Shown in pieces: positions 27,671 through 42,498 of a DNA stretch of 64,000 nt. Origin of the DNA: Octopus vulgaris (taxonomy: Eukaryota); assembly GCA_951406725.2 (NCBI GenBank), contig OX597828.1, positions 372,001-436,000 of the forward strand, written 5' to 3'. Under the pieces are notes generated by a model. The model made no database searches. It saw only the letters and a program-made list of their open reading frames with translations, and was not told where the DNA came from. Position 1 is the stretch's first letter. Every line of letters begins with the position of its first letter. The position numbers and the translations under genes are program-made.

Positions 27671-28307
27671 TTATTAGTGCTCAGAAATAGTTGTCTCTCT
27701 GCCACCTATCTCCTTTCCAGCACATGGACAAAAGTAAAGCTTCTAAGTTGGCAAATCACCTCATACAATCAAGTAGAAAATCGTAGAAAATCGTAGAAAA
27801 ACCCTTACCATGTGTTAGTGGATCAAAAAAAAAAGATGTAAGTTATGCGTAGCAGAAAGATTGTATACCCTTTTTAGATCTGAGAATTCCATCGCACTGT
27901 TGAATTCCTGATAAGAAAATTTCAATTTTCAGTATATGCAATTATATGGACAAGATTGTTTTTGAGAATAGGGGAACACCTCCCACTTCGAATTATCTCA
28001 GACTTTAGACCTCTTCCGTTGATTTTACACTATCCTCGGTCATAACTCGACTTCTTTTTTTCTTTATTCCTTTCCTTCACCGTCTTTTTCATCTTTCCAC
28101 TTTTCGCATCATCCTTCATCTCTTTTTTTTTTCCCTCATCATTTCTCTTATACTATTGTGCTGATTTGTAACTTGTATAGGCCATGTGACCAGAGCCCGG
28201 AGATTGCATGGAGACACTTGGCGTGTTTTAAAACATGCCTAGATAATATCTTCAACATATGGAACTATCATTAGCTCCTAACGATATATTGAGTACACAC
28301 ACACACA

Positions 28308-28810
28308 TACTCTTTTGCTTGATTCTGTCATCTGACTGCGGCCATGCTGGAGCACCGCCTTTAGTCGAACAAATCGACCACAGGACTTATTCTTTGAAAG
28401 CCTAGTATTCTATCGGTTCTTTTGCCGAACCGCTAAATTACAGGGATGTAAATACCAACATTGGTTGTCAAGCAATGGTGGGGTGGGGACAAACACATAC
28501 ACACAAATCATACATACATACATACATACATACATACATACATACATACATACATACATACATACATGCATACATGCATGCATGCATACATACATACATA
28601 CATACATACATACATACATACATACATACATACATACAAACATACGACGGGCTTCTTTCAGTTTCCGTATACTAAATTCATTCACACGGCTTTGGTTGGC
28701 TCGAGGCTATAGTAGAAGACACTTGCCCAAGGTGCCACGCACCTGGATTGAACCTGGAACCATGTGGTTGGGGGACAAGCTTCTTACCACACAGACACTC
28801 CTGCACCAAT
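28308..28810 (-). mobile_element. SINE, full length (same family as 857-1290)
   Basis: Reverse complement of the head, internal (TACA)n and the conserved tail. Confidence 0.8.
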
Positions 28811-29059
28811 GTAAATATATATATTTTCTTTTATTCTTTGATTTGCTTCAGTAGTTTAACGGCGGTCGGGCTGGAGCACCACCATTAAGGGTTTTAGTCA
28901 AACAAATTGACTACAAGACTTATTTTTTAAGGATAGGACTTATTCTCTCGGTTCTTTTGCCGAACCGTTGTGTTACAGGGACATAAACACACCAACACCG
29001 GTCGTCGAGTGGTGATGCGGAAGACAAAGAGAAACGCGAAGACACACACAGACACACAC

Positions 29060-29885
29060 ACACATATGCGGGCTTTAGGTTAGTTAAAATATGTTTGTGC
29101 CATATTTCAACAACCAAACAAACGTCATTAGCTCTTTTTTTTTTTGGTGAATATTCTTTTTTGGATTGTGCTTTGGCACTTCGTCTGCATCCAACACCGT
29201 ACAGAATGCTTGCTATTGCTGAAAAGAGTCCAGTTTTCATCACATGTAACAATACGATGCAAAAATGATTCGCTTTTATGCCATGACAGCAAAGAACAGC
29301 AAGTTTCAAGATGACGTGTCATTTGATGCTCGTTCAGTTCGTGTGGTACCCACTTCTGCAGCTTGCTGATTTGTTTCAGATCGTCCGATATTGTTGGAAT
29401 CATGACATCAAACCTTGCTGCTAACTAACGCGTAGCTTCAGACTGTTCCGCTTCCACTACAGTTTCTAGCTCATCATTATCCACCTTGGTCTCAGGTCTA
29501 CCACGAGGCTGATTTTCAAGACTAAAGTCACCAGATCGGAACTTCCCAAATCCCCGACGTGCAGTGCACTCATTCGCCACATCTTCACCAAACAACTCTT
29601 TGATGTTTCGAGCTGTCTGAGATGCATTGGTTCCGCGACGGAACTCATATTCATAACCAATACGAATTTTTTATCTATCCATGGGTTCACAAAAATTGAT
29701 TGACAAAAGAAAACTCATAATATAATCAGACACCATCAAACACTGAATTGCATTTCGAAAGGTGATGATGTAACTCTCCAAGGTTGTAAAACAAAGAATT
29801 GTCAAGATAAAACACTAGAGTTTAACGACTGTCAAATTTGGTGTATAAGAAAATCGGACATTTCATCCTTAATGACCTGATAATA
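29060..29885 (-). mobile_element. Decayed mariner transposon (5' part)
   Basis: Minus-strand WVPHEL and FLHRIVTCDENW motifs, with HTH-region remnants. Frameshifted. Confidence 0.85.
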
Positions 29886-32800
29886 TAGTCACAGAACCTG
29901 TTTTTTTGCGGGTGGTGGGGGCCAGTCGATTATATTAATGTTAGTACAAGACTGGCACTTTATCGATCCCGGAGTGATATAAAAATCAAAGTTGACCTCG
30001 GCGGGGTTTGAACCTAGAATGTAAAGCGACCAAACAAAGACCCTTCAGTTATTTATTTCCAACTCTTCAATTAGTCTGCCAATCCTTCGCCCTCGAAAGA
30101 ATTTCTTGCACAAAGCAAGAAATTGGATGAGGAGAAAACATAGTCAGTCCTGTCAGCGCCAGTTCTTTATTACTTCATCGACCTCGCAATGTTGCGAAGT
30201 AGAGTTGACCCCGGCGGGATTTGAACTCAAATTATGTATTGGCATAGTCAAGCAGAGGTCGAGGTGATGAGTTGGATCAAATATCTCTCTCACACCAGTA
30301 TTTCTTTCTAATCAATGTGCACCTCTGTGACCGCTCAGCACTTCTGTGACCGCTCAGATAAACTTCACCCAAGTCGCACCCTATCGTTGTAAAAAAGGTA
30401 GAACATAAAACGCAGCTGGAAATACTTTTATCAGCCCAGGAATACTGAAACGGATGGACGGCCTCGCTGCCATTCGAGTTGAAATTATAATGCACGAGTA
30501 TGAAGTGCCGGTCAAGTACCGGACCCGGTTTATTAGACTAAAACCCTGTCAAAACTGCTTATTCTTTTCTTGACCACTGTGTTTTCGTTGTCTTTTTTCT
30601 TTTTTATAGAAATAAGCCATTTTCTCAGATAATCCTCTGATTCTATCATGTAACATCGTTTGGGATTCTTTGAATAGTTTACAACGAAAATGTTGTTGTT
30701 GTTGTTGCTCTTCTCGCTGACCACTCTGCTGCTGCTGTGGTTGTTATTGTTGCCGTTGTTGTTGTTGATTAAGATGATGGCCTAAGACTAAACGTGTTCT
30801 AGTTACAACACAATAATGTTAAAGCAATATCATAGCAGTGCTAATCTTTTCTACTCGAGGCACAAAGCCCGAAATTTTGGGGGAGGGGGCCAGGCGATTA
30901 GATCAACCCCAGTACGCAACTGGTACTTAATTTATCAACCCCAAAAGGATTAAAGGCAAAGTCGGCCTCGGCAGAATTTGAACTCAGAATGTAAAGACAG
31001 ACGAAATACCGCTATGCATTTCACCCGGCTTGCTACGGTTTCTGCCAGCTCGCTGCTTTGAATATTCTTTCCTACTCTAGGCACAAGGCCCGAAATTTTG
31101 GGGAAGGGACTAGTCGATTACATAGACCCCAGTATGCAACTGGTACTTATTTCATCGACCCCGAAAGGATGAAAGGCAAAGTCGACCTCGGCAGAATTTA
31201 AACTCAAAACGTAGCGGTAGACGAAATAACGCTAAGCATTTCGCCCGGCGTGCTAACGATTCTGCCAGCTCGCTGCCTATAATGGCAGTGCTAACGTTAG
31301 AGTAATGCAACAGGGTAGTGTTACAGTGATGTCCCAGTGTTTACCGGTATAAATTGGTGTCGAATTGTGTCACATTACGCAAAAAAAAGTAAGAAAAAGT
31401 AACAAAATAATACATAATTAAATGTTGACGTATTCGATGAATAAATATCAATAAAATTAAGAATCGGACTGAAATAACTAATGGTGTCGATATAACCGAC
31501 TAAATTAATTTCAAAGCAATGCCCCAGCATGACCGTAGTCCAAAGACTGGAACTGAAAAGAAATGAAAGGCGAGCAAATTCCACTACATTCTTTGGTAGT
31601 TATTTTGCTACTGTGATAGAGTACCAATAATTGACTTGGGTGATTCAAATAAGTGTGACTCTGTCTCTCTTCTATTCTTGTAAATATTGGCCTCGCCAAA
31701 GCAATAATGTTTGGCAAGTTTTCTAAAAAGAATAAGATAAAAAACTAGCATATCAGGGGAAATAAACTCGGTAGGATATCTTTTAAAGTTATTCCCCTTG
31801 AATAAGCAATTTTGACAGACTTTCGACTGGAACTTCATACAGGTGCTTTATTTCATCGATCCAGAAAAGGTGAAAGGAAACGCTGGCCTTGGCGGGCATT
31901 GAACTCAAACTCTAAAATTTTTCGCCTTTCTAACAATTCTGGTGAGCCAGCGCGCTTTCCCTAAAAATTAATGAAAATATAAAATATAGAATATTTTTTG
32001 CAGGGACAATATTTTGAGAAATTTTTATTTATTTGTTTTTCTTTCTTTTTTACTTGCTGAATCTGGAGGAAGGGACATGCACATGACATTCGCTGCCCCC
32101 CACCCCCACCCCGTCCCCTACACTAATGAGAGTGATTCCCATTAATGTTTGTCTTGCATTTTTGTAAATCAGTTCTTGTGGGGGAAAACAAACTGAAAGA
32201 AATTCAAAAGGGAACTGATGTTCTTGGAAGTAAGGATTGGACATAAAGAGGGATTCGGTAATACATGGCGATTGCTCCATCTTCACAGATGATTGTTACC
32301 TTGTGCTTCCTCGTTGTCGAGGGCATTTCTGATTTTCCACCCATGACCTCAAACATAACTATTCTGTTCTGCTGCAGGTCTGCATGGTTTGAAGCACGAG
32401 ACAGGTGAAACTTGTAATTTACTGTACATTCCCAACTGGTTCGATCTGCCCACATCCCTACGCTTCCATTACTATGGAACTTTCGGCAGATGGAATGACA
32501 AATGAGGTCACCATAAACAGACATCTCTACCTCATTGCATTATAGTGATAAAGATTTGTACAACACGACTGCCAATCTCTGGGTCTCTGTCATTCGTACC
32601 TAGCGACAACCCGAAGCGCGGTGAACAGTAATCACATGACACTGCAGATTTTTATATCAAAGGGTCCTTTTCCTAGAAGGATGCTGTGACAATAGATGCG
32701 GTTCCTCACTCTCGGTCGTTTAACTGGACGTCCTGTCACCAACCAAGGGTGTTTCTACGTCCCTGCGCTCTAATGAATTGTCTTCACATACGCTATTGCT

Positions 32801-33686
32801 AGGACCTTGACCGATGCTGCTACTATGATCAGAGTAGATCTGGGAGCACGAATGGGTACTAGAATGGTTCCACACTCATAAAAAAACCCTGAACACCCGA
32901 AATAAGGCCCGGCGTCCGGATGCAATTTAAAGGCATACACAGTCCATATATGCATGCATGTATGGATCCACCCAGCCATTGCAATAGAGAAGCTGGGGTT
33001 TATAAGAGGGATGAGAAAAGGAAGAGGAGAGGAAAGTGAAATGAGGCGAAGTGGAGAGGCATGAGAATTTGTGGGGTGGGGGATAGGAGGGTTGGTCTGA
33101 AGAGGCGGGGTTTCAATATAATAAGAGAATAATGAAAGAAGAGGGTGTGGAGAGAGAGAGGGGGAGAGTGAAAGAGAGAGAAAGAGAGGCGAGGGAAATG
33201 GGAAAGTAAGAAGGAAATGAGAGGAAGAGAGAGGAAAGTGAAGAGAAAGAGAGAGAATGAATAAGAAAAGAAGAGAAAAGAAAGAAGATTAAGGGAGAAG
33301 AAGGAACGAATGGTAAGAGAGAAAGAGATGGGGAGAGAGAGAGAAATGAAGGGAAGAGAAGAGCAAATCAAACAAAAAGGGAGAAACAGAGAGAGAGGGG
33401 GAGGAGGAGGAGAAAGACGAAATACTCTTTGCTTGAATCTCTATAAAATGTTTTAGTCGAGTGATTATGACGTCACGGTCTAATTAATATAAAGTAAAGT
33501 TAGTTAGGCAACAATTACTATGCATTCATTGCGTTCGTATGTAGATGTGTAAATGTGTACGTATACATATGTCCGTAAAGGTTAAATAGGTATTTATGTG
33601 GATGCATCTCTCTCTCTTTCTCTCTCTTTGTCGCTCTCTCCCATTCTCTCTCTCTCTCCATATACATACATACATACATACATACA

Positions 33687-33717
<31 letters not shown>

Positions 33718-34169
33718 GTATATATGTATATAATTAATCAAATACAACCTTTGAGAATAAGGTGAACTGGATTTCAGATAATATGAGAAATGTCTAAAAC
33801 CTTAAAGGTATTTAGAGATTCAATTATTATATTTTAGAAAGTAAAAGCAGGAAAAATTACATCATAAAAATCACAGAAGATATACGTTCATAATGTAAAT
33901 AATATTGTATTAATAAATGAATATATAAAATATAACTATGATTATTTAAAATGGTTTGAGGTATCTTACTATCATTTCATGAATGTATTAACTTTCGAAA
34001 TGAAATCCAAGATTGATAATTATTATTAGGTAGTACATCCACTCGTCAGGGAAAAGAATGAATTTCCGTGAAGTCAATCGAATGATAGAGACGCTCATAA
34101 TTACTTTTCTCTTCAGTATGTAATCCATATTGAGTAAAAAATTTTGCGAGAAAAGCTTGTTGTTGAATA

Positions 34170-35790
34170 CACGCTAGAAATGTTTGAACCTAGAAAAGAA
34201 CAACGGGTGGGGGACTACATCACATGCCGGTAGGAGTTAACGGAGAATGTTCAAACTGAACGAGGAGTTAACGTCAGGCATGTTCAAGTGCCTGATATTT
34301 ACTCAGGGACTAACTGCAGAAAAAGACGCAGAAGTAAGAACAAGAATTCTCGCTAAGCTGGAACAAAACCAAGCTGCAACCTTACAAGTATCAGAAGAGT
34401 GTGAAAGAATATGATGTGATTTTTCCCGCTTTTACTTTCTAATATATAATCGCTCTAATTGAATCTCTAAATACCTTTAAGGTTTTAGACATTTCTCATA
34501 TTAAGGCACGACACAGAGAAAATTGAACATAACGATTGCTCCCAAGTGAAACAAATGCGTCGGAAATTACAAAACAGGCAAAATAGAAATCAAATGTATA
34601 CTAAAATACAGTACAAACAGAACAAAAGTCCGGAAACAAACCCATGTTTTGCTTGTGGAGATCTACACCTGAAAAAAAAAACTGCCCATTAAAAAAATGA
34701 AATGCTTCCGTTGTGAAAAAATTGGACACATAAAAGCGCACTGTAAAACCAAGATGACAAAACGTTGGAACAAAGAAAATAGAATGAACAAGATGTCGTT
34801 GAAAGAAAATAGTAAGGTGACACAAAAGAAAATTCGTAAATGCGAAAATTGAACATATGTGAATGAAGAAGCATGTGAGTAAGCCAATATTATGTAAATC
34901 TACAAATGTAGCAGACGGTGTTACGGGTAAAAGGTTGTATTTTGTGGGTGAATTTATGAGTAATGTGACATTTCATGACCAAATGGAAACGGCAACAGTA
35001 TATTTGTTGAAAGATTCAGGAAATTTGTTCGGCACAGAGTGGATGGAACTGTTCAAATTGTCGATTCAATTGAAGGTTCGAATGCGGCTAAGAAAGTGAA
35101 ACGAAAAATAAAACATTTATTCCCAGATGTTTTCTCAGATGAACTGGGCTACTGCACGAAAACAAGGGCAAAAATTGTAATAAAACAAAGTGCAACACCT
35201 GTATTTAAGCCAAAACGTAATGTACTGTTTGCGGCGCGAGAACAGGTACGTAAGGAATTTGAAAAACTTGAAAGCCTCGGAATAATCGAGAAGACGGACC
35301 ACTGAGATTGGGCAACTACGTAAAAAAACAGAAATAATAATTTACGAGTTTGTACAGATTTTTCAACGGGTTTAAACGATTGCTTAAGCTCACATAACTA
35401 CCCATTGCCGAGTCCAGAGGAAACGTTCGCAAAATCGAATGGAGGGAAATTCTCCGCAAAATTAGACTTCCCGGAGATATACTTACAAATCCAAATAGAA
35501 GAATGCTCACACTTACTAATCATTGATATACACCCTGCCTTATTTAAATTTAAGCAGCTGCCTTTCAGTGTAAAAGTGACTCCTTCCATATTTCAACAAT
35601 GGATGATATACGAGCGGACTGTGATTCATTCAACTTTTTTTCTGCCTCTAGAGGGCGTGTCACCATTATCAAATGACAATGAAGACCAACACTATATGGC
35701 AAGTTGAAATAATCTCAAGACTCAAGAATTCTCCAAAGTTGGCATGGCATTAAAGAAAAGGAAAGGATCATTGTCTGGAGATAAGAGAAC
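34170..35790 (+). mobile_element. Decayed Ty3/Gypsy LTR retrotransposon internal region
   Basis: gag (MFKCLIFTQGL, CFRCEKIGHIKAHC), protease tail (NLFGTEW), FPDVFSDELG.CTK, PVFKPKRNV.F and RT (P.PEE.F.K.NGGKF..KLD) remnants. Confidence 0.85.
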
Positions 35791-37410
35791 TGTCGTGGAC
35801 ACGGGTTTCTGCCTCAATAAGCGTCATTTATTATCTCTATGCGTATATAAATCCACATTGAAACTTTGTGGTGTTTAATATGCCGGTCCATTTTGCTCCT
35901 TGTCAGTTTAATGGTTAGGAATGTTTGAGAGAGCAGCACATGTGTTATACAAGCATATGTCACTATAAAATTTGACCTGCGACTGCTTTTTGTCCCTTTC
36001 ACCCCCACTCTAAAGCACAAACCAAGACTGAAGCATCCTAGTTCCACGAAAACAGCCTGCGAACATTTTGTTGCGATGATCGTGGTGCTATGCGAATCAG
36101 TGACAATGAAGTCCCAAGATTCCCGTAGTTTCTTCGCACGTGAGGGCACGAAAAATGCGGGAGCGGGCGCGCCTGTTGGTTCTAATCGCATTCACATCGT
36201 CGATAGCCTATTTTTAGATACAATTTAATATATTTCTTGTACGTGGTATCTGTACTATCCATCATAGGATAATCGAGGCTCTCCAGGGTGCTAAATATCA
36301 ACTATTAAACTACATGCTCTGTTCAGACTGTTCAGCGAAGTATTTCGTTAGAATTCCCTACAACTTAAAGTATATCCAGTTAATGGCAATTATTTAGAAA
36401 TATCTGTTGCCTATGCATCACCTGTCATATCTGCCATTAATCAGAGATCACATCAGATTAACAGCGAATCCATTTAAAATTAAGTATTAGTAGCATAATT
36501 ATACCTTTAAATCATCAGGGGATTTGACACTACTCTAGTGATATATATCTGCATTATTATTTTTTAAATAATAATTTAATACCCAAATGAGACAGCATTT
36601 ATTACATAAGCCAACAACTTGTACATAGTGAAACAATGCAACTCATTCTGTAGTTAGTGTGTCCTTGAAAACCTTGTCAGTTTAAAACACAAAGCTAAAA
36701 ATAACTTTATAGACATACAGAGCAAATTTTTTCATGCTTATATATGCGGAAATAACTTCTTAAACACTATGATGTCATCCTATCTTGAAATAGGAATAAA
36801 TTACTTTTTCTTTTCTTTTTGTCTTTGGTTTTGTTTTCATGTTTGGGAAAAATTATGCATTTAACGTTTTTAATGCAGCAATTGATTTAGAGTGAGCTCC
36901 CCTTACAATAACTCTTACTACCATTTCCCACCATAATTGTATATAGTGAAAACTTTAAAATAACGTAGAAAATTCTCCCTTTCACAGCTCATTTACAGAA
37001 ATTTAAATCGAAAGATTATTTTTTTTAATTATACACTCGACAGTTTAAACACACACACTTACACTATAGACACACACATACATCCACCCTATGATCAATA
37101 TCTGACACCCTAAAATGAACAGCCAATGAAAACCAGTATTAAAATTTCGAAAAGTAACAACAGATTAGGATAACTTCAAGCATAAATGATTTTATGCCGG
37201 ACGAAATGCTTAGCAGTATCTTGTTCGTCTTTACATTCTGACTTCAAATTCCGACTTTGCCTTTCATCCTTTCGGGGTCGATAACTTAAGTACCAGTTGC
37301 GTACTGGGGTCGAGCTAATCGACTTGGCCCCGTCCCCCAAAATTTCGGGCCTTGTGGCTAGAGTAGAAGAGATTATTATTGTTATCATTATTATTATTAT
37401 TATCATCATC

Positions 37411-37506
<96 letters not shown>

Positions 37507-37509
<3 letters not shown>

Positions 37510-38296
37510 TAGTTTTATTTTTATAGCGTGCTTTCACTTCACTACCGAGCGCAGCTCTGTGTGCCTTGGGTATGTACTGTGATTTGTTGTGATGCTCTGA
37601 TGGTTATTGTATGGAAAGTGTTCTGCGTAGGATGTGTGCAGTGCCTAGTAGTGCAATTTTCTGTATGTTATATGTGTTTGTAAGTCCTGGTGTTTTTGTT
37701 ATGTATTTGTCTGAATATTTTTTTATCATGCCTAATGCACCTACTATGATAGGAATTGTTTCTGTTTTCAGGTTCCACATTCTAGTTACCTCTATTTCCA
37801 GGTCTTCGTATTTTGAGAGTTTCTCCATTTCTTTTAGAGACACGTTGTCATCTGCCGGTATTGATACATCAATTAGAAAGCATTTTTTTCTTCATGATCT
37901 CTGACAACTATATCTGGTCTGTTGGCCTTAATTTCTCTATCTGTGTGTATTGGCATATCCCAGAGTATGGTTGCTTTCTCGTTTTCTGTGACCTTTTCTG
38001 GTGTGTGCCTATACCATCTTTTTTCTGTTGTTATTCCATAATGTTGGCATAGCTTCCAATGTATGTAGGTTCCAACTCTGTCATGTCTGTGAATATATTC
38101 CTTCTTAGCCAGGACTGGGCAGCTAGAGATAATATGATTTATTGTTTCTTGTCCATCTCCACATATTCTGCAGTTACTTGTAATATTTCTTTTCATTACA
38201 TGTTTTTGGTCATTTCTGGTGGGGAGGCTTTGGTCTTGTGCTGCGATTAAAAATCCCTCTGTTTCTGCTTTGAGTCCTGAGCTTCTCAACCATTGC
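37507..38296 (-). mobile_element. R4/Dong LINE 3' fragment within (TAA)n
   Basis: CCHC finger CRICG..ETINHIISSC, RHD and the RPD..D..K restriction-like endonuclease. Flanked by ATT arrays. Confidence 0.9.
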
Positions 38297-38315
38297 ATTA
38301 TTATTATTATTATTA

Positions 38316-38479
<164 letters not shown>

Positions 38480-38494
38480 TTATCATTATTATTA

Positions 38495-38564
<70 letters not shown>

Positions 38565-38809
38565 GTTGGCAGAATTGTTAGCATGCCGGGCAAAATGCTT
38601 AGCGGCATTTCGTCCATCTTTACATTCTGAGTTCAAATTCCGCCGTGGCCGACTTTGCCTTTCATCCTTTCGGGGTCGATAACTTAAGTACCAGTTGCGT
38701 ACTGGGTCGAGCTAATCGACTTGGCCCCGTCCCCAAAATTTCGGGTCTTGTGACTAGAGTAGAAGAGAATATTATTGTTATCATTATTATTATTATTATC
38801 ATCATCATC

Positions 38810-39462
<653 letters not shown>

Positions 39463-39466
39463 TATA

Positions 39467-39552
<86 letters not shown>

Positions 39553-39561
39553 TATTATTAT

Positions 39562-40112
39562 TGAGTGAGCGAGCAGAGCATGCCATCAAAGTGACACTGG
39601 GGTAAAATATACGAAGCCCAGTATACCCATCATGACTACCCGTCTGATAAGGGTACACCAGGCACATGCATCACAACCATATGTGCGCGACATGGTGATC
39701 TCATATCAAGATAAACAGCACATGACCTTGCAGGTGGAGCCCAGTTAGAATTTTCTTCAGATCGAGTAACCCATCCCGCTCAAAAGGTCCCTGAATAAGG
39801 GTTGTTTAAGGACGTTGAACGAAACACCCATGTTTCCAGAGGTGAATTATTCAAACCCCAAAGAATCCTTCTCAACACATGGCTATGATGCTCCCCCACT
39901 ACTTCTGCTCGTGATCAGAGATGCACATATCGTCAGCCACTAAGGGACATGCTCAACTGGTTAAGGTCAAACAACTGACAAGCAAATCTGTGGTATTGAG
40001 CAGAATATTTGCTGTAGCCCATCTTTTATACCAAGACAAAACAATGTACATGATAACACTTCCAATCAGTTAAGATCAGAAGCCATGAGAGCCACTGCCT
40101 GGTACTGCATCA
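39562..40112. mobile_element. Non-coding ~550-bp insertion in (ATT)n, probable non-autonomous element
   Basis: High-complexity block with sharp borders inside an ATT array. No long ORF and no TIR. Confidence 0.5.
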
Positions 40113-40173
<61 letters not shown>

Positions 40174-41497
40174 GTTGGCAGAATTGTTAGCATGTCGGGC
40201 AAAATGCTTAGCGGCATTTCGTCCATCTTTACATTCTGAGTTCAAATTCCGCCGAGGTTGATATTGCCTTTCAGCCTTATATGCACACACACACACACAC
40301 ACATACAAATACACACACACACACATATATATATATATGCATATACATGCCTATATACACAGATATATATTGCATGAAATATGAGGACAAACACTAATAC
40401 GCACTTAATGGTAAGCTGACACGTTGATGCATCAACACACACACACACACATACACACATGACATACATACACACACGAAGTTTGAAATGTACCTGTACA
40501 CCCACTGCTCAGGTACATTATTCCATTCTGCCACTTACACATAACACCCAGCATAAACTCTAATGTAAACGCATATACAATCGCACGCACACACACACAC
40601 GCACACATAACATTACACATAAATACATTATTACAGCCATACATATACGTCATGTATGTCTGTAATACTTAATATATGCACGACTCTACGTGTCATACAC
40701 ATACACACATACGCACACATGTAGACAGTAACACACACACACACACGCACACACACACACTTTGTATACTATTGCAACTCCACAGTTACGCATGGCCGGT
40801 CATTAGCCTTTTGTCAGCCATTGGCGGCCTCTGGTGGTGACAGTTGGTGGTGGCGGTAGCGGTGGTGGTGGTGTGGTGGTGGTGTTACCATGACAGAAAA
40901 ACTTGTTAATAAAGCTTCCACGCCGCCACCCTCCTACACCGCTCACCATATACACTACCCAGCCTGACGCCCCGCCGCACATCACCACCGCCGCTGCCAC
41001 TTACTGTCAACATTGTTGTGTGACCTCCTCCCACTATCAGCAACCAACACCTCCTACCTCAGTCTACGTCGAATGAATACAATTTGTGGGGGGGGGGGGG
41101 GTCTACTTCAGCTGTGAGAGCTTACATATACACGTCCATACACTGAAACACATATATAAAGCACACTCACACACATACACGCACACACTCACTCACTCTC
41201 ACACACACACTCACGCACGCACACGCACACGCACAGTGAGGTGAAAAATTTAAATTGTACGAGAAATCAGCAATTCCTAGAACTGAAAGTATTGCTTTTC
41301 AGGTTATTGTAAGACGTATACATATGCACGAGTGTGTGTATATATCTGTGTGTGTGTGTGTGTGTGTGTACACACGCACAGAAAGAAAGGAAGATAGATA
41401 AATAGACAGACAGACAGACCGATCGATCGATCGATAGACAGACCGACAGACCAATCGATCGATCGATATATAGACAGACAGACAGACAGACCGATCA

Positions 41498-41593
<96 letters not shown>

Positions 41594-41917
41594 TAGTTAA
41601 ATTTTTTTAGTGGAAAATTCTCCAAATTTGTGACTTATACAAACAGATAATACTTAGCAAAACTTCGAAGTCACTATTCAATAAAAATAATTAAATTTCT
41701 GGACTCTAAACTTGTATTGACTCTTTCCTCAGACAATGATCTCGTTTCTATACATACATACATACATACATACATACATACATACATACATACATACATA
41801 CATACATACATACATACATGTGTATGTATGTGTATATCTATGTGTGTGTGTGTATATATATATATATACATATATATATACGTATGTTGGAAGTGGATGC
41901 GTGGCGTTCGATCATGT

Positions 41918-42232
41918 AATAACAAAATAATAAATAAAACATATGCATATATACATACATATATGTACACACCTACATCTATATATATATATATATATAT
42001 ATACATACATGCATATATAGGTAAGGATACCAAAAAACGTCGAACAAAATGAGAAACGAAAGCATAAAAACAGAACCATGGAAAAGTCCGTTTCCATGGT
42101 TCTGTTTTTATATTTTCGTTTCTCATTTTTTTTTGGTGTCCTGTACCCATATATGCATGTATATATACATATAGATGTAGGTATGTACATATATGTATGT
42201 ATATATGCTTATGTTTTATTTATTATTTTTAT

Positions 42233-42235
<3 letters not shown>
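41918..42235. repeat. Long imperfect palindrome
   Basis: Perfect 21-bp arms at 42064-42084 and 42091-42111 around the loop AGTCCG, extending imperfectly for ~150 bp on each side. Confidence 0.9.
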
Positions 42236-42272
<37 letters not shown>

Positions 42273-42421
42273 TGTATATACGTACATATATATATTTATA
42301 TATATATATATATATACATACGTATATATATGCACATATATATACACATATATATACATATATATATATATATATGTGCATATATATATATATATACATA
42401 TATATATATGTGTGCATATAT

Positions 42422-42498
<77 letters not shown>

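Noticed and set aside
32204-32979. Minus-strand ORFs of 106 and 69 aa
   Set aside because: No recognisable domain or splice structure; the + strand faintly resembles a heavily decayed RTE 3' end.
32995-33420. Purine-rich tract (and the C/T-rich tract at 58760-59080)
   Set aside because: Generic low-complexity DNA; triplex or G4 potential only, with no specific evidence.
35900-36200. Telomerase RNA, 7SK or RNase MRP candidate
   Set aside because: No CCCTAA template, GATC motif pair or MRP CR-V partner found.
40040-40112. HDV-like ribozyme or U2 snRNA similarity at the end of the ATT-inserted module
   Set aside because: P1/P3/P1.1 pairings could not be built, and the U2 resemblance is too short.
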